A stretch of DNA of 64,000 nucleotides from Octopus sinensis (taxonomy: Eukaryota), in contig NC_043001.1 in NCBI RefSeq assembly GCF_006345805.1, forward strand, positions 45,322,001-45,386,000, read 5' to 3'. The notes beneath the pieces were generated by a model that was not told where the DNA came from, ran no database searches, and saw only the letters and a list, made by a program, of their open reading frames with translations. Below are positions 47,910 to 58,734 of the stretch, piece by piece. A program made the position numbers and the translations under genes. The stretch's first letter is position 1; every line of letters starts with the position of its first letter.

Positions 47910-48550
47910 AGGCATATTATTATTATTTAAGAAATATTATTGTACTCTATATAAGAATTGATTGTTAAATATGAATTTATAATTTTTTATTTGTTAAGGA
48001 TAATTTAGATATGTAAATTTAATTATTATTATTATTTTATAATTATTATATCTGAACGTAAATTTTAAGATATTAGTTAGTCACTTTGGGATTAAGATTG
48101 TAAAAAATGTTTTAATTTAACTATAAGTTTCTTATTATATTTATAGTCATTTTATATTTCTAATACTATTACACTTAATAATAATAGTAATAAGTATTCT
48201 ATAAAGGTAGGTTATAAGCTTTTTACTTTGGAATTTTCAATTCTTATTTTGTATTTCATAAATATTTTCTAAAGATATCTAATATTTATGTAATAATGGT
48301 CTAATTTATTTATTGTTTATATGTTTATTGATAGAAAAAATATAGATTTTTAATTACTATATTTGTTGATTATAATTTAGATATTTATTTTTATGTATTT
48401 ATTATTTTATAATTATTATATGCGAACTAAAATCTAAAAATAGTAAGAGTGATTGTTTTGTAAAATAGTTTGGTAATTAAATATTAGAGTATAACTAGGC
48501 TAAAGATATTCCATAGTTTATTAATGTTTTTTATTAAGTTAAATTATATC
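47910..48550 (+). pseudogene. Probable NUMT: degenerate mitochondrial large-subunit rRNA (rrnL) 5' region, partly duplicated
   Basis: Extremely A+T-rich, T-skewed, non-microsatellite tract with rrnL-like motifs (ttgtactc..., tatctgaacgtaaa, gtaggttataagc, tgtaaaatagtttgg). Identification is from recalled motifs only. Confidence 0.5.
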
Positions 48551-48554
48551 TTCT

Positions 48555-48690
48555 ATTTATCTATTGCCCTTGTGTGTCTTAAAAGGCAAAGTTGACTCTG
48601 GCTGCGTTTGAATTCAGAACATAATATGTCAAAAGAAATATCACTTAGAATTTTGTCCAACATGCTAATAATTGTGCCAGCCCACTGCCT
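48555..48690 (-). mobile_element. SINE family A copy, minus orientation
   Basis: aaaggcaaagttgac...tttgaattcagaac is the rc of the core. Other minus copies near 7355-7470, 24868-24920, 44262-44385 and 9030-9095. Confidence 0.7.
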
Positions 48691-50879
48691 CCTCCTCTAC
48701 CACCTACACAACAAGAACAGCATCAAACAATAGTTTAGGACTAGAATGTAGCCAATTGTATAGCTAACAATATTTGAATGATAGCTATTACCAACCCTAG
48801 ATTGATGACAGGCAAAAATTTCCTATAGAAAGGCAAATATTGTAGAACAAGATGTAAGTATGCCAATGCATTTTTCATCACTAACTGAAGCTATTTCCTT
48901 ATGCACCAATGGAAAAAGCATAAACATTACAACAAACCTATCCCTTTTCTGTAAAAATATAATGCTTAACGACTAATCAAAAGAAATCAATACTTCTTAC
49001 ACTAAGCCACCAAATTGTGTGATTGTTGTGGCCATCTGTCATAAGTGAGGAAGTCTTAAGTGGTTTGGGTAGAATGTGTTTCAATTCATCTAGCAATCAG
49101 ACATATGTTAAGTTACCTGTAATTGAATAACACCCAATCCAGAGAAAATTGCTGAATCACTTACACATTAATTCAATGAGCAGACAACAACAGACAGAAA
49201 TTTAACATGGTTTAATCTCAAACTAGTCACTCCAATTTGTTTATAGTACATTTGATCTGGACATTTTCTTCAACCACAAGAGATTCCCACCTCCTTCTAC
49301 AAATGTTATCAAAAGCCCAAAGGATCAATGTAACCAGTACTTAATCTGCCCATTGAATTGATGAGTAAGTAGTTGAGCATTCCATAGACATGTATAGCCC
49401 TGTGATTCTTGGGCAGAATCAGCATGATATAGTGTGTGTCAAAGCTGTCCTTTGGAAGTACAGGCACCAGCCATCAGATGGGCTTCTATACAATTTCTCT
49501 TCCCCCAATTTCATTCACAAGGTATAGGTCAATCCAATACTATAGAAAATGATATTTATCCAAGATGCCAAGCAGTGGGATTGAAACCTGAACATTGTGG
49601 TTATGAAGCAAACTTCATAAAATATTTGGCTATATTACACCTACTGAAGCAATGTGTAGTAAAGTGTTCAGCCAGAAACACAATGAAATGAGTGTAGTAA
49701 ATTTGAATAGGCAATTCAAAACATTAAACACCTCAAATTAATTTAAATTAATGTGAAATGGCTAGAGTAAGTTAATAACACACTTTGGCTAAAGAATTCT
49801 ACATTTCTGTGACAAGGACTTGTAGTTCATTATCGAGTCCTTGCAAACTATCAAAACTGAAGCATTTTAAATTCATGTCTTCACAATGATAACTACTGTA
49901 GAATAAAAGTTTGTCAGCAGCTAGGACAATGATTTATTTTCATGAATATTAGGAATGACTCCATTAGAGAATATAGAATTGAACAAAACTTCAAAAATAT
50001 ATGATAAAAGGCATTCATGGAACAATATCAGAAGGACAAATTAATAAAAACAAATGAAAGAACAAAAATAGGAGACACTACTTCCAAATAGTTAGAAATT
50101 AGAATATGAGAGATTAATTAGTACCAGCTTTTTGAAAATATACCAAAATGTTATTTTGTGGTTGTATGACTGAGAGAGAGAGAGAGAGAGAGAGAGAATA
50201 GTGTGTTGGGGTGCATAGTTGTGTAGTTAAGAAATTCACTTCACAATCAGTTAGTTTTGGTTTTGCTCCCAGTATGTGGTGCTTTGACCAAGTGACTTTT
50301 AGTATAACCTTGGGTTGACCAATACCTAATAAGTAAAGCAAGAAATTTATGGAAGCCCACTCTATACATGCATGTGTGTGTGTCTGTCTGTTTGTCTCAG
50401 TATGCTTTTGCACTGACTCCATATGGGCAGCAGTGATGTTTGTTTATGTCCTGCAGTTTGATGGTACTTTATTCCATTGGACTTCAAAGTGTGTGAACAC
50501 AAGTGGAATAGAGTACTTTAATTGTAAACAATTGAGGGTTGATGTCATGAAAAACGTCCATCCGCAGAATACTGCCATCTCACACCCACATGAAAATATG
50601 GATGTAAAATCAATCATGTTGATGATGACATATAAAATGCATATAAATATGTATCAATACAGAGAACTGATGTATAAACATCAAAAAATAAATAAGATAA
50701 TTAAACTTCAACACATTATTACATTGCAATAAATCCAAGTGGATTCAATTTGCATGTACATACATATCTGGTTAAAACAATCTTTAAGAGCAATATATTT
50801 AAAATAAAAGTAGGAAAGCATAAATTTGACACAAAGTTCATCATTTAATTGTACCTGACAGCAATTTGTTTAAGATAAA

Positions 50880-51270
50880 CATCATTAATTGTATCATTAG
50901 ACCCAATTGCCTTGTTTCTGCCATCATATTCTTGCTCCTTTCACTCACCCATCCTGCGACTTCTGCTATCACTCTCTTTCCCTCTCAAGTACCTCCCTCG
51001 GTCATGTTGCTTTGAGTGAGTATACACATCTCAAAGTAGTGAATACCCTTTGCTCATTGTATATGCAAGGCACCTTCTCTTATCCATGATAAATGCATCC
51101 AGTACACTCTGCAAATTAGTTGGTGATAGGAAAGACATCACACTGTAGAAACAATGCTAAAATTAAATGTACAATCCTCCAAATGTCAGTGGCTCCCAAC
51201 AAGAACTGACTTAGATAGGGCCAATGCATCCAACCAATTCCAGCTTGGAAATGAGCCATAAAATGATGAT
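50880..51270 (-). mobile_element. Degenerate RTE-type 3' end
   Basis: The rc resembles the 3'UTR and tail of 14704-15606 (cactgtagaaaca, catcatcattttatggctcatttcc). Confidence 0.5.
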
Positions 51271-51274
51271 GTTG

Positions 51275-51310
<36 letters not shown>

Positions 51311-51894
51311 TATGAAATATCCCCAGTATGGGACTAGGATGACCATAGTTCAAATGAGTACTCAAAATACATATTGGGTGGAGTGAATATGTTTATGAAT
51401 AACAAAAAGCCTTACAGAAAGCTTATTCAATTCACTGATGAGTTAAATATTGTCTATGTGTGTTGGTTTATAAGGGACAGGTGAGGGAGGATACTCCGTA
51501 TGTGCTGCAGAGGATATGGTTATTTTTATTGAAATTGAGTTAGTCTCGCAACTCAAATTTGAAACCAATATTCTATCATAATGTAAGAGTTTAACATATG
51601 TAGCTGTATGTTATAAACATTATCCAATGTAGAAGTTGATGCAAAATGCAAAGTAGAATCATATTTTTACATCATGAAGAAACAGTTACTTAGAAGTTTC
51701 ACTATTTAGCTCTTCTGACTATGAGTCAAAGTCTCTTTCTTATATATCTCTATCAGAATGTCAAGATTTGATCAGAATTTGGTGTGAAAAAAATTTCTGG
51801 CTGTTGGCATTGGTATTAGTGGTGTTCAAGAGCTATATTATAAAGATGTGAAATGTGTGAAAATGTGCATCTGCAAACTTTTGTGCTTTTTGTC

Positions 51895-52545
51895 AGTATA
51901 GCCTGAACATGTACATGTTTGGGTGTGTAAAAGTGGTTGATAGCTTCCTTTATCTAGATGACCTAATTGGAAGTGAAGGTAGGTGCACCAAAAGCATAGT
52001 AGCCAGAGTAAAGATGGAGTGGAGAAAGTTCAGAGAGCTGTTGCTTCAACTAAGGACAAAGAGTTTCTTTCTCATAGTGAAGAGGAAACTGTATGATGCT
52101 AGTGTATAAAATGCAGTGTTGCATAGTAACTAAGCTTGGACCTTAACCTCAGATGCAAATGATTTGTGGAGACTAGAAAGAAATCAAGTGAACATGCTCC
52201 ACTAGATGTGTAATGTTAAATGAGATGTGTAATGTTAAATAGATGGAATACAAATGAACTAAGAGAAAAACTAGACATAAGACTTAAACGTAGTGTGCAA
52301 GAGAGAAGACCATGCTAGTACTGGCTTGTTATACTTTTGGAAGACAACAGCTGTACAAAATGTGATGAACACTAAAATTGGATGGAACGTGGAGAAGGAA
52401 ATCTAAGAAGACATGGGACAGAATGGTGAAGATGCATCTTGTTCTTTCTCATGAAAGAAATAACAAAGGACTCTGATCATTGATGATATGCAGTGCTGGA
52501 AAAGAGCCACCTCCTCATGCAAGTATGGTTAACAGGACACTAAAT
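51895..52545 (+). mobile_element. Degenerate RTE LINE RT C-terminal fragment plus 3' end
   Basis: ORF 51909..52109 VVDSFLYLDD...WRKFRELL...KLYDASV, then LERN..NML and VQERR remnants. Confidence 0.8.
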
Positions 52546-53864
52546 GGGGGTAGTTATGGCGGCTAAAATACCCTCTACCCACTCTACAACACTCTTTCAC
52601 TTAACTTATTTCCACTGCTTCTCCAAATCTTCAACATCTTCTCATCTCTCTATCAATCACCCACTTTCCATAACTCTCAATTTCTTCAACACCCTCTCAT
52701 CTCACTATCATTCACCATATCCTCACTCACTCTCTCATGTTCACCACATGTTCATGTAACCAAGGATAGTACTGGATTTCTCCCTATTCAACTTCTCCAA
52801 CCATCCTGATCACTCATTACAATGCCTGTGAAAATAGAGATCTTTCTCCTAATTGTGAGCCATTACTTCCTTTCCTCCAGATTACTTATGATTGACAGAT
52901 ATCACTTTTCTCTCACCACCACCCTCCTCTACAACTATCAATCAATCAGTCATGCTTTTACTACCAAACAGAAAATTGTCATCACACCTCATCTCTCACT
53001 CACTAATGCCTAGCATTATTGTCTCTCTTCTATCACTCCCATCCAACCACTGCATCATCAATCTAATACTCCCTCTGCCATCACTCTCTCACCACATTTA
53101 CACTTTTCTTCCCATCATACTTTGACATCTCTCACCCTATCTCAACTTCTATTTTCCCTCTTAGAGTAGCAGAGACTCTTTAATCTTGTGAGATACAAAG
53201 TGACCTCACTAGTGCTGGCACCTTGATAAAATGCACTTAATGCACTCAGTACACTGTATTAGGGTTGGGAAATCAGAGGCAACCAAAGATTGTAAGACTC
53301 TTTAGTCTTGCCAAAAGGCAAGACAACTCCTCTAGTGCTGGTGCCAAGATAAAATGTACCAGGTACACTCTGTAGTGGTTGGTGACAGGAAGAGAAACTA
53401 GCCATGAGACATGCAAGCAAGACATGGTCTTTAAACCTATCAAGAGAATTCTGAAGAAATAACAGAGACTATGACAACTAACATGGAAATGAATTTAAAA
53501 AGGATGATGATGATATATATATATATATATATAATTGTTTATTTTTATATAATTTTAGTAAAGTAAGAGTGAAAATGACAGAAAACTAGAAAATTTTGGT
53601 CATCAAAAATATACTTAAAAATATAAACATAAAATTCATATATTATTTAAATTTCTTTGTGAGAAAGTTTTTACATACTTACAAAAATTGTAGAAAAATA
53701 TTAATTTGTCAAACAAAGAAAACAAATGAAGGAAAATGTAATGAGGAAAAGAAAAAAATCAGTTGTGTGAAAATATAATTTCCAGAAGACATTATATGGT
53801 AGAAATCATAAGTTTGTAGAAATGTGGAAAGAAGAGCTCGAAGAAAAAAATAGAATAGGTTTAC

Positions 53865-54014
53865 CATTGTTTGTTATAGTATAACACTTGTTGGTATAAC
53901 TGCATGAGTTAGATGAAAGCAGAGGAATTTGAATGGAAGACTGGTAACGAGGGCTCTGTGGAGCCGGTGATGAAGGAGGTGACCATGCAGGTGATGGTGA
54001 ACACATTGGCGAGA
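53865..54014 (-). CDS. SORBS: SORBS/CAP-like exon, 150 nt, phase 1-1: (V)SPMCSPSPAWSPPSSPAPQSPRYQSSIQIPLLSSNSCSYTNKCYTITNN
   Basis: Acceptor tttgcaatctag|TC, donor AATG|gtaaac; locally GC-richer; lies within ORF 53806..54057. Confidence 0.88.
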
Positions 54015-55408
54015 CTAGATTGCAAATAAATAACAGAAAGAAACAATAAAGCAACAAGCATGAATTTTTTTGTACTTTTTTCTATTTATACATGCCTAAT
54101 GCATTAATTAAATACTTTTTGAAAAGAATGCTCAAACAAATATTTAAAAAATCAATGATAACAACTAATAAGCTAAAGGTTAGCAAAATAATATCAATTA
54201 GAACATACTAGGAATTATTGCCATTAAAATTGTCTTTTGCTATGGTTGTTGTTACTTTTTAAATGGATAAAAGAAAGCCAAATAAAGTTTACAATCTGAT
54301 AAAACCAATTTACAACGAAACTGCTGACAATTTTTGATCATTATTTTGAATTATCTATTTTTTTCCCTCAAAGTTTAGTGAAAATGCTTGTTCCAATACA
54401 TTGATATTCATTTGCTAACAGAAAAACATTGAAGTGAAGAGCTAAAAAAACCAAAAAAAAACAAAAGATAACAAAAAAGAAAAAAAGTATGATGGTCTAA
54501 GGGGTTTTAACTGACAAGAATAAATGTTAACACTGTTAAATAAATCTGAATTTTACATAATAACAATTTTAGGATAAAACATGTTAGATTTTCAATATGT
54601 AACAGTTAATATTTCAATACTTTTTAAAAACAAATGTTTATATATTCTAATAAAATGTGGACAACATTCCATTTAATTTATTCTTTAACCTTCCTTAGGT
54701 CTGTCTTTTGCGCCACACCCTTGTGCAATTTAGTTACCATCTTCTCTCCTTCCCTCTCCAGGTAATATCGTGCAATCTTATTCAACACTGAAGCATGTCT
54801 GGACATATTTATTTCACCAAATGCAAGCCAGTTACAGAGAAAAATCATAATTTATGAGGTTTGTTTTAGTAACTGGTAGTTCATGAAGATGTCCAAACAT
54901 GCAACATCTGAAGAAGGATAAATGACTGCAGAAGACCTATGAAAAGCTGAAGAATAAATCTACTGGAATTTCATTGGATGAATAGTTGCAAACATTGAAA
55001 CAAAATAGGAGTAAATACATGGAAACATGTTTCAGAAATATAAGGTAACATCAACGAACAACTACATCCCATATGAATAGATTGAAATTTACAAATTAAT
55101 TTTATACCTTTTTTTTTTAACTAATTTTTAAAAAATATAGCACAACCCTATGCTGCAACCAGAAAGTGAACATATTTTCAAGGATAAATTGGTTCAAATC
55201 ATTAGACTAGATTTAGAAAATATCTTGTATAAATTACAATATATTTTGTATATCAATAATAACAATACAGAGAAATAAAACCTTATGTAGTCAATATTGA
55301 AAAGAAATTTTCTTTATAGTTTCTATTAAAACAGTTATGATTATATAACTGTTAGAATACAACTACTGATGATATACACAAGAGAATTGTTTATTCATTA
55401 ACAGATTA

Positions 55409-57104
55409 CACTGAGGAACATGGTTTTTGTTTTCCAGTTTTAGAAATGTTTCCAAGTAATTTTGAGGGTGCTGATTTCAAAAATTAAATCCATTTTGCTC
55501 TATCATGTCAAGATTTTTCACAAACTCAAATATCCGTTTTTCAAAATTTCCAGTATTGTCACCATTTCTAAGGATAGATTTGGCTTCATCAAAAGCAGAC
55601 CCACATGTGAAGCTTGACATTACAGTTTTTAAATATCATTTAAAGTAAATGCAGCTACAAAAATGAAAATAAAAGTTATGACTCAAGTATCTTCAGTAAA
55701 TAAAAAGCATCAAACTTGATCAACTTTCACTATTTTCAATCTAACCAGTTTTAAATGTAATAATGATGACAGAAATGTCCTTTATACAATTAGGTCCTTG
55801 GCATCATACATGTCTCATGTTTATGAATTTGTCTACAAATATGCCCACACTGTGTTTAATTTAGTATGACTATCATTACAAACCACGTGAGACATGTTCT
55901 TTTGGACCTTTAACTATTTCTTACGAAAATTTGTATTTTGAATGCACCCTTAATGTTTTAACTTTGAGGTCATATGGGTCAAAGTCACTTTTTTATCAGG
56001 CATGCCCAAAGATCCAGAGAAAGAATGTCATAGTATGAATGGTCTTTATGGAACTTTGCTATCACAAATCTGCATTTACTTACTTTGTAACTGTTGACAA
56101 TTCTGAGAACACTTTTCTCAGGTTACAACTGGCTTGAACATGCTTTGTATTTCAGAAATATGACCAATTGTAAGAGAAGAAAATGCAAAAACAGCCCCAA
56201 TGTCTTTTGCTTTATTTGTGGATGTTGCACTTTACCTAAGCAGTGAAACAAAGTCATATATTTTTATGAAGAAAGCTTACCTTACTTACTTTGGTATGAA
56301 ACTGGGTAGTCAAAACAAAGCCTGTAAACCCCATATAATGTGTAAAATATGTGTTGAAACACTGAGACAGCTTTGTCTTATGAAAAAATTAAGGTTTATG
56401 TGTTTGCCTGACCACAAATTAGGTGGCTATTGCAGGACAATCATATTTTGGAGACCATGTCTGACATTGTAAAAGAAGCACAGAATGCTTTTGCAGCAGT
56501 TGTGTCTGGTTTCCTGGGAAACAGGAAATCATCAAACTATGAAGAACTTATGCAGATCCTGTTAACCAGTTGCAACATGAGTGTAAAAGTGCATTTCCTG
56601 CACAGTCATTTGGATTACTTCCCTGAAAATCATTGTGCAATAAGTGATGAGCAAGGAGAAAGATTCCACCAAGACATTGAGACCATAGAGATTAGGTATG
56701 AAGGCAAGTGGAACACAAACATGATAACTAACTACTGCTGGTCTCTGTAAAGAGACTGTAATGATGCAAGTTATTCATGCATAGCAGCAAAGAGAAAGTT
56801 CACTTCTTGAGAAGTTGAAACTCCAATTTGACAAAAATTTCTATCCTAAAAAATGTAATTAAACATTGTGTGTAATACATTTTATTAAACAATAAAAAGT
56901 ACTTTTTGGTTTGTGTTAGTTTATTTCAGTATTGCATTTAATGGCAAAATTAACATTTTTGGTAAAAAAAAAAATCTTATTTAAAAAAAACTTCACATGA
57001 TAGAAAATTTCTGGGGGCATTTCTGAACCTAGTACCATCAAATTAGGTGAGACTAATTATAAAAAGCAAAACAATTAAAAAAGTTTTGAAAATGTTTCTC
57101 AGTG
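55409..57104 (+). mobile_element. Chapaev3-like (CMC superfamily) DNA transposon, internally deleted
   Basis: Termini CACTGAGGAACA / rc CACTGAGAAACA, flanked by tta / cta. Transposase remnants YFGMKLG..PHIMCKIC (56200-56472) and NMSVKVHFLHSHLDYFPEN..SDEQGERFHQDI..RYEGKW (56430-56750). Family name recalled from motifs. Confidence 0.75.
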
Positions 57105-57189
57105 CTATAACAGAAGCAGCTGAGCAGCCCTCTTACTTATGGGCAAACATCACAATTGTGCTTATTCAGAGAATACATTGTATAAAAAA

Positions 57190-57304
57190 AAAGAAGTTAT
57201 AAAAAAAAAACTGATAGTAGTTTTGAAATCAGCATGTCAATTTTCATCTAAATCAAGTGGAAGGCAAACTCAACAGAAATTATGTTCAAAATTGTTCCCT
57301 TGTG
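57190..57304 (+). mobile_element. Solo right end of a second, related CAC...GTG transposon
   Basis: ttttgaaatcagca matches the rc of the subterminal motif near 55468-55480; ends attgttcccttGTG (rc CACAAGGGAACAA). Confidence 0.55.
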
Positions 57305-58709
57305 CTCTCCATTTTAAGAGTTTGTAACAGAGAATATGTCATGACACTTCTGTATTGAAAACAAAAGGATGATAGATTTGTCAGGAATTAGTGGAGATGT
57401 GAAATGGTATAGTGTCCGACTAAGTGTTTTTTGACCTTCATCATTTTGAATTCAAATAATACATATATCCATAAAGATGTCAACTATCTTCTTTGATCAC
57501 AAAAATAGAGGGTTGGCAGATCAGCTTAGTTTGATTTTTCTTTTCTTCTTAAATTCAAAACAAAATTCAGTCATTGTAAGACTTGGTAATGTAAATGAGA
57601 TGGTCATAAATGGCAGAACCATCTTTGATAATTTTAAATACATTAAATTGGATGTAGCCAAAAAAAAAAGAAGTTAAATAAATCAAGAAGCACCAATTTC
57701 CCATTAGTTTAGTATATAAAGGATATGTATTATAAATTGCTTGGCATTTTTAATCAACTAAGCACTCCTGAGCATAGAATCTTAAGTAAATTAAACAAAG
57801 AATCTTATGTAAATTAATTGATCATTAAAAATTTTGAATTTAAAGTTTCAAAATCATATTGACATTTTATTTGATATTGTTGCAATTTAATACGCATATA
57901 CATTTTTATTATTTAATGACAAATCCAATGACTTAGGAAAAGGATAAGAAAAACCAACAAAGAATCTTAAATGAATGTTGGTTTTTCTCCTACATCAGTC
58001 TGTAATGATTAATTAGTTTTTTAGTGGTTTCACAGTACCTAATCCAGTTTCCAATATCCATTCTTATCATGTTATATAAACTAATACTTTGTTTAAATTT
58101 TACTTAAAAGCTCTTTTTCAAATTTCAAGTATCTATGTTTGGTTCAGGTTTTGCAATGCAGTGTGCTTTTGTTATTCCTTAATCTTCCACACAGAAATAT
58201 CAACACTCTATCTAAGCACTTCACATCAGGTAGGATGAAAATAGCCTTAGAGGCAGAATCCTTTCTATAGGAGGGTAGTTCAATTTTAGCAATTGCATGT
58301 GAGTGTTTGAAGTGAAAATTATGTAGAGGTGTGATTTTTTTTTATCGTAGTATATATTAGATGTGATATTGTTTAGTCAAAATCACCAAGCTTAACAGTA
58401 TGACCATTAAAGAATTTATGATATTTGTGAGTGCTTGGAAAGTGTTGAAATAGGAAGTTCTTAGCTACATTAAATAGGATTGAACTAAGATACAATAGGT
58501 TACATGGCAACTTTCATCCAATCTATTGTTATTACAAGGTATCTAATAATTTAAAAAGAAGGTTTACCCAGCTTATGTACTCTTTCAACTCCAGAGACAA
58601 GAAAAACAAATCCACTTCCCTATCCTATTTTATCTGGAGACAATGGGACCATGGAATCAGTCCATCCTGTTAACCTAAAGCATTCTCAACAAAGCACCCT
58701 CCTACTTAC

Positions 58710-58734
58710 CCAGAACATGCAGCATTTGCTTTTG
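58710..58734 (-). other. Candidate alternative first/short exon (ATG at 58725: MLHVL, phase-1 donor)
   Basis: Strong donor TGG|gtaagt at 58709 and acceptor cttcttttttgccatag at 58735. ATG CTG CAT GTT CTG G is in frame with exon 54014. No transcript evidence. Confidence 0.35.

Noticed and set aside
54699-54761. Plus-strand 63-nt segment with AG/GT ends suggesting an antisense gene
   Set aside because: Isolated and pyrimidine-rich; no partner plus-strand exons found.
56200-56750. Two plus-strand ORFs as a nested host gene
   Set aside because: Frameshifted transposase remnants inside TIRs.
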